A stretch of DNA of 64,000 bases from an uncultured Dehalococcoidia bacterium. Its GTDB lineage: Bacteria > Chloroflexota > Dehalococcoidia > Lucifugimonadales > UBA3495. Position 1 is the first letter of the stretch. Every line of letters begins with the position of its first letter. The DNA lies in assembly GCA_950072105.1 (NCBI GenBank), contig CATMOE010000003.1, positions 32,001 through 96,000 on the forward strand, written 5' to 3'. A model generated the notes under the pieces. It did no database searches. It had not been told where the DNA came from and saw only the letters and a program-made list of their open reading frames with translations. A program made the position numbers and the translations under genes. Positions 9,502-17,827 of this stretch are shown here, one piece after another.

Positions 9502-10314
9502 TTGACGGGGACAGGCTTGGGGCTGTGGGAACGAGAGAGGCTGCTGGAGGCGCTGGACGCTTACCAGAGAGGCCTGAGCGACGCCCCACTCTTACACAAA
9601 TGGACGGAAAGCCAGGCGGGCATCAGCGAGAACGAAGACGGCCTGGCGATGCCCTTCGTAATCTCCACCGACGAGGTTGATCGCCACGGCGACGTAATAA
9701 TGGCGTAAGGATGGCGCCTGGACGCCTATCGGAACAACCCGGTGTTTTTGTGGGCTCACGACTACGCCCGCCCGGTGATCGGCCGCGCTGTCGAGGTGTG
9801 GCAAGAGCCTCACAGACTTCTGGCCAAGATGAATTTTGCCCCCACCGAGTTCGCCCAGGAAGTCGCCATGCTGTACCGCACCGGATATCAAAAGGGTGTG
9901 TCGGTGGGATTCAAGCCCCTTCGTTATGAAGAACGGCGGGATGAGAAGACCGGAGCATTTCTGGGGATACGTTTCCTAGAGCAGGAACTGCTGGAGACCA
10001 GCGCGGTTCCCGTTCCGGCAAATCGAAACGCCTTACGACGTGCTCTGGACCAAGCTCCTGTGGTGGGTGAGTACTTGCGCCTGGTCGACGCCATTGGAAA
10101 TGCAGCCGAGGCCCCATCAAGCAACATAAATCGGGCCGCTGTTTGTGTGCATGAGGGGATCTGGCCGGAGTTGGCCGCCCGAGTGGACGACATTAGCAAA
10201 TTGATCGGAGAGTTAGCACAGATGCTGGAGGAAGCGGACCAGTTTGGCGAACCGGGGGAAGCCATGGGGCAACTGGACCAGGTGCTATCGCTGATTCGGC
10301 AAGCCCGCGCCTAG
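9502..10314 (+). pseudogene. HK97-family prohead protease interrupted by an in-frame TAA (9706-9708)
   Basis: ISTDEVDRHGDVIMA*GWRLDAYRNNPVFLWAHDY..GVSVGF..ELLETSAVPVPANRNAL; both ORFs share a frame; GGAGGTG upstream. Confidence 0.85.
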
Positions 10315-10393
10315 AAAACCAACGTGACGAAATACCGGGTTCGGTCCCGGGACCCGGCGCCAAGGCAAAAAACCAGCATTCTTGGAGGTTAAT

Positions 10394-11725
10394 ATGACCA
10401 TCGCGACTCAAGACCTAGACCTGATCAAACGGGAAGTGGCTTCGATACGGGAGTATTACCAGTCCCGAATGGACGCTGAAATTCCGCCTATAAAAGAGGA
10501 AGTGGAACGGGTTGGCGCCCAACTTGCCCGGGTACAAGATATGTGGCGTGAAGGGGAAAAGCGCGCCATCCTATCCAAGTTCGCCGGCGGTGACCGGGCA
10601 CGGGTGCCCTACGGCAAGTATACCGGGCTAGACCCCTTGGACATGGCCTGCGTCCGTAGCCTGCTCAAAGCCCAGCTAAGAGAACCCTCCGGCCTGAACT
10701 CTCGCATGTTGGAGGACTGGCAAAGCAACATAAAAGCGGCCATGGACTCCACCTCGGCGGGGAGCGGTGACGAACTGGTAGATACCCAGGAAGCACGGGC
10801 ACTGTGGGACGACGTCAATCTGGAAACCGCCGTGGCCCCGTTGTTAAACACCATTGAAATGCCCAGTAACCCGTTCCAGATTCCCCTCCAGTTGGGCGCG
10901 GTTAACTGGTTTCCCGGCACGGAGAATGTGGCCACCAAGAGCACGACCTTGGCCACCGCCCGCCAAACTCTGACCGCTTACGAGCTGGTAGCCGAGGTCC
11001 CCTGGTCCTACGACCTGGACGAAGATGCCGTCATCGCCATGATGGAGGAGCTGCGGCGAGGCCTGCTGCGGAACGCCCGGGAAGTCATTGACGACGTTCT
11101 TCTCAACGCCGATACCACCACGACCAACAACATCAACGCCGACGGAACCACCATCACGACCACCGACGCCGGCAAAGGCCATTGGTTGGTGGGCTTCGAC
11201 GGTCTGCTACATCTGCCTTTGGTCGACAACACCAGCCAGGTCAACGACCACAACGCCGCGGTCTCCGACGACATGTTCAACGAGGTCCGGGCCAAGCTAG
11301 GAAAGTATGGGGTCCGTCCTTCGGAGTTGGTGTATGTCTGCGACATTAACACCTTTATCCGGTCCCTCAGCGTGGACAATTTCCGAACCTTGGACAAATT
11401 CGGCCCGCAAGCCACTGTGCTGACCGGTCAACTGGGATCTGTGGAAGGTATTCCCGTCATCGTGTCGGAACAGATGGGCTTGGCTGACACCGACGGAAAA
11501 GTCACCGATGGAGGTAACGGCACCGACACCGGAAGGCTGCTTATCGTCAACCGCAGCCAATGGCGCGTCGGCTTCAAGAGGGAACTGGCTATCGAAACGG
11601 TTCGCGATGCCCAAAAGCGGCAGAACATCATGGTTGTCAGCTTCCGGATCGCCTTGCAAGAACGCAGCGGGACCAGATCCACCGCAACCCATACGGCTCT
11701 GCAGTACAACATCACCGGCGTCTAA
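10394..11725 (+). CDS. HK97-fold major capsid protein with N-terminal helical scaffold (delta-like) domain
   Basis: AAMDSTSAGSGDELVD.., IEMPSNPFQIP, TLTAYELVAEVPWSYDLDEDAVI, LLNADT, FDGL, GQLGSVEGIPVIVSE; directly follows the protease; GGAGG SD. Confidence 0.88.
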   Translation: MTIATQDLDLIKREVASIREYYQSRMDAEIPPIKEEVERVGAQLARVQDMWREGEKRAILSKFAGGDRARVPYGKYTGLDPLDMACVRSLLKAQLREPSGLNSRMLEDWQSNIKAAMDSTSAGSGDELVDTQEARALWDDVNLETAVAPLLNTIEMPSNPFQIPLQLGAVNWFPGTENVATKSTTLATARQTLTAYELVAEVPWSYDLDEDAVIAMMEELRRGLLRNAREVIDDVLLNADTTTTNNINADGTTITTTDAGKGHWLVGFDGLLHLPLVDNTSQVNDHNAAVSDDMFNEVRAKLGKYGVRPSELVYVCDINTFIRSLSVDNFRTLDKFGPQATVLTGQLGSVEGIPVIVSEQMGLADTDGKVTDGGNGTDTGRLLIVNRSQWRVGFKRELAIETVRDAQKRQNIMVVSFRIALQERSGTRSTATHTALQYNITGV

Positions 11726-11787
11726 ATATCAGACTCTAGCTCAATCTAAATGAAACGCTCTGTTAAGAGCGGAACCAAGGAGGATTC

Positions 11788-12246
11788 ATGACAACCATCA
11801 GCCGGGCAGACCCCACCGCCGAAGCGGTCAAGAACATGCTTCCACCGGATCAGCCGGGAATCGCTTATGTAATGAAGCGGTACATCGTTGAAGACCTGGC
11901 GTCGGGTAGTGCCAACGCTTTCGCCGTCCAGAACCCTGAGGGCGTTGATTGCGTCGTCACCAACGTGATCGTTGATATCGCCACCGCCGGGGGCACCGCC
12001 AGCTCGGTTTTGGACGTGGACGTGGTGGCCGACGCCACGTCCACTGGGGACACGATCATCGACGGATTGGACCTGAACGCCGCCGGTGTCGCCGACCGTC
12101 ATGACAATGCCGGATCCAACGGCGGCGAACCCAAGAAGTGGGACAAGAATGGAGGAAGCAATGACTACGTTACCGGGAAGATTTTGGCGCAGAATGCCGC
12201 CAGTTTGGGCGGTAAGGTAATCATCGAGTACGTCCCCCTAAGTTAG
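11788..12246 (+). CDS. Putative capsid accessory/decoration protein
   Basis: Beta-rich Ala/Gly/Thr protein directly after the capsid gene; AAGGAGG SD. Confidence 0.6.
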   Translation: MTTISRADPTAEAVKNMLPPDQPGIAYVMKRYIVEDLASGSANAFAVQNPEGVDCVVTNVIVDIATAGGTASSVLDVDVVADATSTGDTIIDGLDLNAAGVADRHDNAGSNGGEPKKWDKNGGSNDYVTGKILAQNAASLGGKVIIEYVPLS

Positions 12247-12318
12247 GCCTGTATAGGCTCGATGTAGTTTGCGAGATTTCGTTCTTATTTTCGACACAGG
12301 AGGCCTGATAGATTCGCT

Positions 12319-12933
12319 ATGAGCTATACCGAAGGAGCACATAACTCACCGGCCGACACCAAGGACCGGCTGGTCCGCATCGGCTCCAAATACCAGGCCT
12401 CCGCGCCTACTGTCGCCGATGGAGACAATGCTTACCTACTACTAGACTCAGCGGGCCGCCTCTTGATATCCGGCGCGGCGGCCCATGATGCCACGGCCGC
12501 GGGCAACCCCCTTCGCGTCGGGGGCGTGTATCGCACTGCCATACCGGCGGTGGCCGCGGGAGACATCGTAGACCTATTGCTGGATGCTGCCGGCCGCCTA
12601 AGGTTGGCCTTCAGTACCGACACGTTCAAGATTATCGACGCCGTGGCGATCACCGCCGGCACGCCCGCCACCGTCTGGACTCCGGCAAGCGGAAAGAAGG
12701 TGCGCCTGCTGGGCTGGGCTTTTTCATCCACCGCATCCGCGGCGCTGGAGTTTCAAGACAGCGGAGCCGCGGGCACGGTGATAGCCCAATCACCTTTGCT
12801 GGCTGCCGCCGGTCTCCACAACGCGCCCCCGCTGGGCGAAGGGATCCTGCTGGCCGCGGCCGACAATACCCTGGAATTGGACGTAACGGGCAACAGCACC
12901 GTATCCGGTATGGTGTTCGGCGTCGAAGAATAA
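12319..12933 (+). CDS. Putative virion structural protein
   Basis: Internal repeat (LLLDSAGRL / LLLDAAGRL); the C-terminal segment resembles the ORFs at 15698 and 16115. Confidence 0.6.
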   Translation: MSYTEGAHNSPADTKDRLVRIGSKYQASAPTVADGDNAYLLLDSAGRLLISGAAAHDATAAGNPLRVGGVYRTAIPAVAAGDIVDLLLDAAGRLRLAFSTDTFKIIDAVAITAGTPATVWTPASGKKVRLLGWAFSSTASAALEFQDSGAAGTVIAQSPLLAAAGLHNAPPLGEGILLAAADNTLELDVTGNSTVSGMVFGVEE

Positions 12934-12999
12934 GGGCGATTGAATCACCCGTGAGAAAAACTGGAGGTTAAGCATGACATCTGAGGAGAAAAAATATCT

Positions 13000-13227
13000 A
13001 TGACACGCCAGGAACAAACGGCTGCCATCACCCCCAGCATAGCCAAACCCCAGATCGATCCCCCGGTAATAAAAGGCAGTAACCGGTCCACCAAGCAAGG
13101 CCGGGCCCGAGAAGGCAATTTATTGATAGCGACGGCGCTCCTCACCGGCTCGCCGGCGCCGGAAGAAACTCTTATCGACGTGGATGCCTATGGAGACGGT
13201 ATGGCGTTTCGATTCACCTGGAGGTAG
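13000..13227 (+). CDS. Hypothetical protein in the head operon
   Basis: 75-aa co-oriented ORF; start uncertain. Confidence 0.5.
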   Translation: MTRQEQTAAITPSIAKPQIDPPVIKGSNRSTKQGRAREGNLLIATALLTGSPAPEETLIDVDAYGDGMAFRFTWR

Positions 13228-13229
13228 CA

Positions 13230-13502
13230 ATGGCAATCTCAGGCACCATCAAAGTAACATCGGCGGGCACCCGGGTCCAGGCGGCCCATAAAGGAAACGT
13301 TCGGGCCGTGGTTTTCAAAGCCCGGGCCGGCAACACCGGAGACGTGTACCTAGGCGGCAACGATGTTTCGTCCACCGACGGTATGACATTGAGTCCTAGT
13401 GAGTCCATTCAGGTAAGCCTTGCCAACCCGGAGTCTACCTCCCAATTCTGGGCCGACGCGGCCAGCAACAACGACCAGATCGATTTCGTCGGGAGCCCGT
13501 AA
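13230..13502 (+). CDS. Small putative structural protein
   Basis: VVFKARAGNTGDVYLGG..GMTLSPSESI beta-rich pattern; GGAGG SD. Confidence 0.6.
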   Translation: MAISGTIKVTSAGTRVQAAHKGNVRAVVFKARAGNTGDVYLGGNDVSSTDGMTLSPSESIQVSLANPESTSQFWADAASNNDQIDFVGSP

Positions 13503-14548
13503 ATGGTTCAACCTCAAGAGACCCACCGCCCGCTTCTACGCATGGTTTTGGAGTCCTACGTCAGCGTTACCGGCGCCACTTACGCCGCTAAGGCCGGAGA
13601 TCGGCTGATCGGCGTCAACCGCGCCGGTACCGTCACCGTAACGTTACCACCGCCCAACTCCGCGCCGGCCGGACTTATACCGTTAAGGACGAGTCCGGCG
13701 CAGCCGCAACCAACAATATCACTGTGGCTACGGAAGGATCGGAGACGATCGATGGGTCGGCTACGGACGTCATATCGGACAATTACGGAGCCAAGCACTA
13801 CTACTCCGATGGCTCCAACTGGTTTGAAGTTCCCTTGCTCCCGGCGGCGGCCATCGCCCATTCCGCCACTACCGGTCAAGGTTCCGGTGACCATCATGCC
13901 CAAGCACATACTGCCGCCCACGCCAGCGGCGGCGCCGACGCCATCAAGATTGACGACCTTGCCGCCCCCGATGACAACACCGACTTAGATTTTTCCACCA
14001 GCGCCCACGGTCTAGTTCCGAAAGGAACCAATGCCGGTAACTTCTTGAAAGACGACGGAAGTTGGGCCGCTCCCGCCGGTGGAAGTGGAGCCATAACTAG
14101 AGAAGGCGGCAGCACTACCGAAGCAACCACGACAAGCACCAGCCTGGTGGATATAATTTCAGCCGCCAGCTTATCCATTGCTGCCGGGGCTCCCATCGAG
14201 GTTATATACGTCGCGCGGAAAACCAGCGGGGCCGCCAACGATGCCAACTCCGCGTTCACGATCAACGCCACTAACGTCGGGTCTGAAAAGGTATTTAGTA
14301 CGACTAACCAGGCGGAAGCTTTCGTGGAAAATTGGCTATTTGGCACAAGAGTCACTAACTACACAGGAGTTCCGCGCCACATTCGTCTCGCTTCCGGGCC
14401 AGCCGGTTCATACGATATAACGGCCCACGGAATGCTTACACTTCCCACGGTAACAGTTACTGACCTCAACACCAGGGGTAGCGTGGACGACGCGTTAATC
14501 ACCTTGGGCCACGATGAGTACCACATCTACTCGAGGGCAGTAAGCTAG
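13503..14548 (+). pseudogene. Fibre/spike-like structural protein with a 1-nt frameshift near 13648
   Basis: Adding one base gives continuous VNRAGTVTVTLP-TAQLRAGRTYTVKDESGAAATNNITVATEGSETIDG..YSDGSNWF..HAQAHTAAHASGGADAI..FLKDDGSWAAP. Confidence 0.65.
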
Positions 14549-15190
14549 ATGCTATACATCTTTGCGGGATTCCCAAGAAACGGTCTTCACGCCGGCGGAA
14601 TCCAATTCGCCGTGGAAGAGGTAGAGCAGCTTGCCATCCTGGAACATGAGCCGCGGGCGCAGTACCGCAAAGCAGGCGTATTTTCCGTGACTGAATACGG
14701 TGAGGAATGGTTGATGCCGGTGGAATATCGGGTGAGCCGAATGTGCCTGAGAGACGGTATCACTTGGGACTGGTTTCCGGAAAACTGGACATTTGGCAAC
14801 GGCGTAACCATCAGCAAGACGATGGCCAGTCCGGAATACAAGACCGTGGTCCATGGAACAGACTTGATCTTGGACGAATTTCTCGCCATATCAGGATCTG
14901 CCAGGTTAGTGGACCTTGGATTAGAGCAAACGCATATCAAGCACGAAGGTTGGAAAGAATACGAGGCGCGCTGGGTTCCAGGAACCTGCCCCCAGGAGAG
15001 CCACGTGGTACACCTAACCTGTCTTGTTACCGTCCACCCCCTGCCTGAATTCGCCTACCAGCGCATCAGGGAGTTGATCGAGGAATCGGGGGAGCTAAGG
15101 GAGCCGGATTCCTATAGCTCTGAGGACGGCAAGCACTTTGCAACAAATCGATGCTGGGACGGCAAGCCGGTCTATACGAGGATGAGTTGA
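14549..15190 (+). CDS. Hypothetical protein
   Basis: 213-aa ORF abutting the upstream stop codon; no recognisable motif. Confidence 0.55.
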   Translation: MLYIFAGFPRNGLHAGGIQFAVEEVEQLAILEHEPRAQYRKAGVFSVTEYGEEWLMPVEYRVSRMCLRDGITWDWFPENWTFGNGVTISKTMASPEYKTVVHGTDLILDEFLAISGSARLVDLGLEQTHIKHEGWKEYEARWVPGTCPQESHVVHLTCLVTVHPLPEFAYQRIRELIEESGELREPDSYSSEDGKHFATNRCWDGKPVYTRMS

Positions 15191-15519
15191 CAGTTTACAG
15201 ATGTCTCAGGATTGTAAACACAGGCCAGTGGCTTGATGTTCTATTTACCTCTTCCAGCGAGGATTTTGAAGTTCCTGATCTTTCCCACCGGACGGATATT
15301 GCGAATGCTCTCGGCCTTGATCCCGCTGAGCTTGAGGCCTTGGATACTAATGATGACCAAAGGAGTGGCCTCCTCTTAGGTATACCAATACTACCGGAGG
15401 CGCCACCGGACCCAGACCAGGTCAGGACACGAGAACTTCTCTCCATACCCCGGTCCAACTGGACGGCCGCTCAACGAGCCGAATTATTGGAACTCATCGC
15501 GTTGGAGAATTTGAGATGA
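15187..15519 (+). CDS. Hypothetical protein (possible fibre assembly chaperone)
   Basis: TTGA overlap with the previous stop; acidic N-part, PEAPPDP linker, short helical C-terminus. Confidence 0.5.
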   Translation: MTVYRCLRIVNTGQWLDVLFTSSSEDFEVPDLSHRTDIANALGLDPAELEALDTNDDQRSGLLLGIPILPEAPPDPDQVRTRELLSIPRSNWTAAQRAELLELIALENLR

Positions 15520-15701
15520 TCCCCATCAACAAAGGCATTTTAGCTCGCCGATGGGCTGCCGTCGCGGCTCTGGGAATCGTATCCGTGACCGCCGTCGAGC
15601 TGTATGCCCTCGCCCAAGGGATAAACGGCACGGCGCTTACAGCCTCCCTGGCGGCCATCGCCGGCCTGGGAGGAACGGGCATCGGACGGCTGCTCAAATG
15701 A
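15516..15701 (+). CDS. Small two-TM membrane protein (holin-like)
   Basis: WAAVAALGIVSVTAVELYAL and ALTASLAAIAGLGG, basic C-terminus; ATGA-coupled at both ends. Confidence 0.55.
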   Translation: MIPINKGILARRWAAVAALGIVSVTAVELYALAQGINGTALTASLAAIAGLGGTGIGRLLK

Positions 15702-16111
15702 CCAGCCAGCGAGTTTCATCACGGAGGACCCACAGCGTCAATGTTAGGCGCCGGGCGTACGTGGCGCAGGTTAACTCCCACGATTCCAATACGTCTAACA
15801 CCAGGGATACGTTAGTCACGCCGTCCAAGGGTAGACGGATCCGTCTATTGCGAGTGAGAGTGATCCAGGAACTAGCCGCCGGCTGTCATCTGTGGGAATT
15901 GTACTTCGGCACTGGGGCCGACATAACCATCAATCCGGACAACGCAATCGACATCTTAGACATTCCTGACTTAGGTGAAGCCAGCACTCGGACTTTCCTG
16001 AGGGAAGAAGGCCCCAGAGGTCTCCGGGATGAGGTTCTTAGCGGGCGGTGGCTGGGGACTCCTCCCACGACGGTGCACAAAGTAATCGTCGAATACTCCG
16101 ACGAATCCTGA
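15698..16111 (+). CDS. Hypothetical protein, paralog of 16115-16534
   Basis: Shares HLWEL.FG, ID.L..PD.G.A.TRT, GPRG..DEVLSGRW.G and K.I.EY with the next gene. Confidence 0.7.
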   Translation: MTSQRVSSRRTHSVNVRRRAYVAQVNSHDSNTSNTRDTLVTPSKGRRIRLLRVRVIQELAAGCHLWELYFGTGADITINPDNAIDILDIPDLGEASTRTFLREEGPRGLRDEVLSGRWLGTPPTTVHKVIVEYSDES

Positions 16112-16114
16112 GCC

Positions 16115-16534
16115 ATGCCATTGTCCTTAGTTCGCCGGAGCGTCCGCCGGACCCATCGGGCCGCGATCCGCCGCCGGCCATATCAACTCCGGGTAAAGAT
16201 AGTGGATGGCAGCACCAGCATCAGCCGGCAACACCTGCTGGCGCCGGTAAGGGGCTACCATGTCCGGCTCATTCGAGTCAAGGTGCTTCAGACTTCCAGC
16301 GACGGCCGGCATTTGTGGGAATTGTTCTTCGGGGATGCCGGTAACATGATTACCGCTCCCAACCGGTCGATCGACGTTCTGGCCGTGCCTGACGCGGGCA
16401 GCGCAGTAACCCGCACGTATTCCAGGAGCCAGGGACCCCGAGGCAAAAAGGACGAAGTGCTCAGCGGAAGATGGCGAGGAGTGGCTCCAACGTCAACTAC
16501 TAAAATCATTATCGAATACACCGAAGAGGCGTAG
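16115..16534 (+). CDS. Hypothetical protein, paralog of 15698-16111
   Basis: Same shared motifs. Confidence 0.7.
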   Translation: MPLSLVRRSVRRTHRAAIRRRPYQLRVKIVDGSTSISRQHLLAPVRGYHVRLIRVKVLQTSSDGRHLWELFFGDAGNMITAPNRSIDVLAVPDAGSAVTRTYSRSQGPRGKKDEVLSGRWRGVAPTSTTKIIIEYTEEA

Positions 16535-16604
16535 CACCGCCTTGATTTCCGTAGTGGGAATTCAAATCCGTTCCCATTTTCAGGAAGGCTATAGGGAGTA
16601 AAAC

Positions 16605-17426
16605 ATGGCGCGTGAAGCATATAGGTCCCTGTATGGTGACCTAACCAAGCTCAAAGACGATAGTCTACTGAAGGACCCAGCTGCCGGTGCCGGTGACGAC
16701 AACGAGATGTTCCAGTTGCTTCTGGCCGTATCGGACTGGGTGGATCATTTCTGTAACCGTTATTTCTATTCCAAGACGCAGACAATGGAGTTCGACGGCA
16801 CCGGCTCCACCAGGCTGCTGATTCCCGATCTGGTGTCGCTGACTTCTCTAAAAGAGGATTCCACCGACGACCAATCGTTCAACGAAACATGGGCGGCCGG
16901 CGATTATCGGCTTGAACCCTATAACGGCGAACCGGAACAGCACTGGGGTGAGCCTCATACCTCTATCCGAGTCCGGCAGCATGGCGCCAAGACCACATTC
17001 AGCAGTGGGGAGCAGCGATTCCAGATCGCCGGTGTCTGGGGCTATCGTCAATATAAAGAGGACAGTGGCACAGACCTCAACGACGCTGCAATGGCGGCCA
17101 CAAAAATCACTGTCCCGGTTGACGACGGGACTCAGTTCGCTATTGGACAGACCATTATGATAGGCAGCGAGCAGATGCTCATTACGGATATATCCACCAA
17201 CGATCTAACGGTGACCAGGGGGTTGAACGGCACCACCGGCGTCGCTCACGCCGACAACTCGGACGTTTTCACCCTCCGTTGGCCCGCATCTATCGAGCGT
17301 GCGGTTCTCATACAGGCCTCGCGAATTTGGACTAGGGCCGCCGATTTCGAGCCATTTTTCGTGGATGCCGACGTAGACACTGATGTTCGCATTCTGGGCG
17401 AACCCTATAAACGGCTTCCTATTTAG
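16605..17426 (+). CDS. Head-tail connector/adaptor-like protein with an inserted beta domain
   Basis: DDNEMFQLLLAVSDWVDHFCNRYF..FDGTG..LLIPDL..IAGVWGY..WPASIERAVLIQASRIW..D.DV..L..PYKR. Confidence 0.75.
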   Translation: MAREAYRSLYGDLTKLKDDSLLKDPAAGAGDDNEMFQLLLAVSDWVDHFCNRYFYSKTQTMEFDGTGSTRLLIPDLVSLTSLKEDSTDDQSFNETWAAGDYRLEPYNGEPEQHWGEPHTSIRVRQHGAKTTFSSGEQRFQIAGVWGYRQYKEDSGTDLNDAAMAATKITVPVDDGTQFAIGQTIMIGSEQMLITDISTNDLTVTRGLNGTTGVAHADNSDVFTLRWPASIERAVLIQASRIWTRAADFEPFFVDADVDTDVRILGEPYKRLPI

Positions 17427-17522
17427 CCGGTTAACGGATATCTCCCCGTCCACCTGATTCTGGGTCCGCCGTCGACCGATTGCCCCATCGCGTTTCAAAG
17501 CCGCTCGGTTCATGGGCAATCG

Positions 17523-17556
17523 ATTCCCTCTGCGCATGTCCATGCGCAGAGGGAAT
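17523..17556. repeat. Perfect 16-bp inverted repeat downstream of the head operon (possible terminator)
   Basis: ATTCCCTCTGCGCATG-TC-CATGCGCAGAGGGAAT. Confidence 0.8.
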
Positions 17557-17603
17557 GCCGATGCATTCATATTTCCTTTTTATGGGTCCGGCCACGGTAT
17601 CAC

Positions 17604-17632
17604 TTGACTTGCCAGGGTGAGTAAGCTAAGAT
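17604..17632 (+). promoter_or_regulatory. Putative sigma70 promoter of the ABC transporter operon
   Basis: TTGACT-N17-TAAGAT. Confidence 0.5.
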
Positions 17633-17827
17633 TCGGCCGCTCTCACATATTAAGTATTACATTCTATTATTTGGATATGCCTGGGATAGCTGCTGCTTTC
17701 CCGTTGAGGCTGGGAATGTAAAGCTTCGGTTCGCCAGATTGAATTTAGATTCATCTGGTGGATTTGAACGTAACACCCGCCTGAACGTGGTAGGGGCACT
17801 TAGTACCAAGAAGACGGAGGATTAGTT

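Larger units (their letters stand above)
9502..17426 (+). mobile_element. Phage-head-derived operon (GTA-like or prophage remnant) with no portal, terminase, tail tube or integrase
   Basis: About 13 closely spaced co-oriented genes from prohead protease to head-tail connector, flanked by ordinary host genes. Confidence 0.8.

Noticed and set aside
10394..11725. Capsid protein as a classical encapsulin
   Set aside because: It has a long N-terminal scaffold-like domain, a maturation protease and a connector, and no recognisable cargo enzyme.
12974..13003. Upstream ATG with strong SD suggesting another A-run frameshift into ORF 13000
   Set aside because: Plausible but untestable here; ATG 13000 has its own GAGGAG upstream.
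16109..16117. Read-through of TGA-GCC-ATG fusing the two paralogs
   Set aside because: Each paralog is complete and ends at the equivalent position; no SECIS-like hairpin follows.
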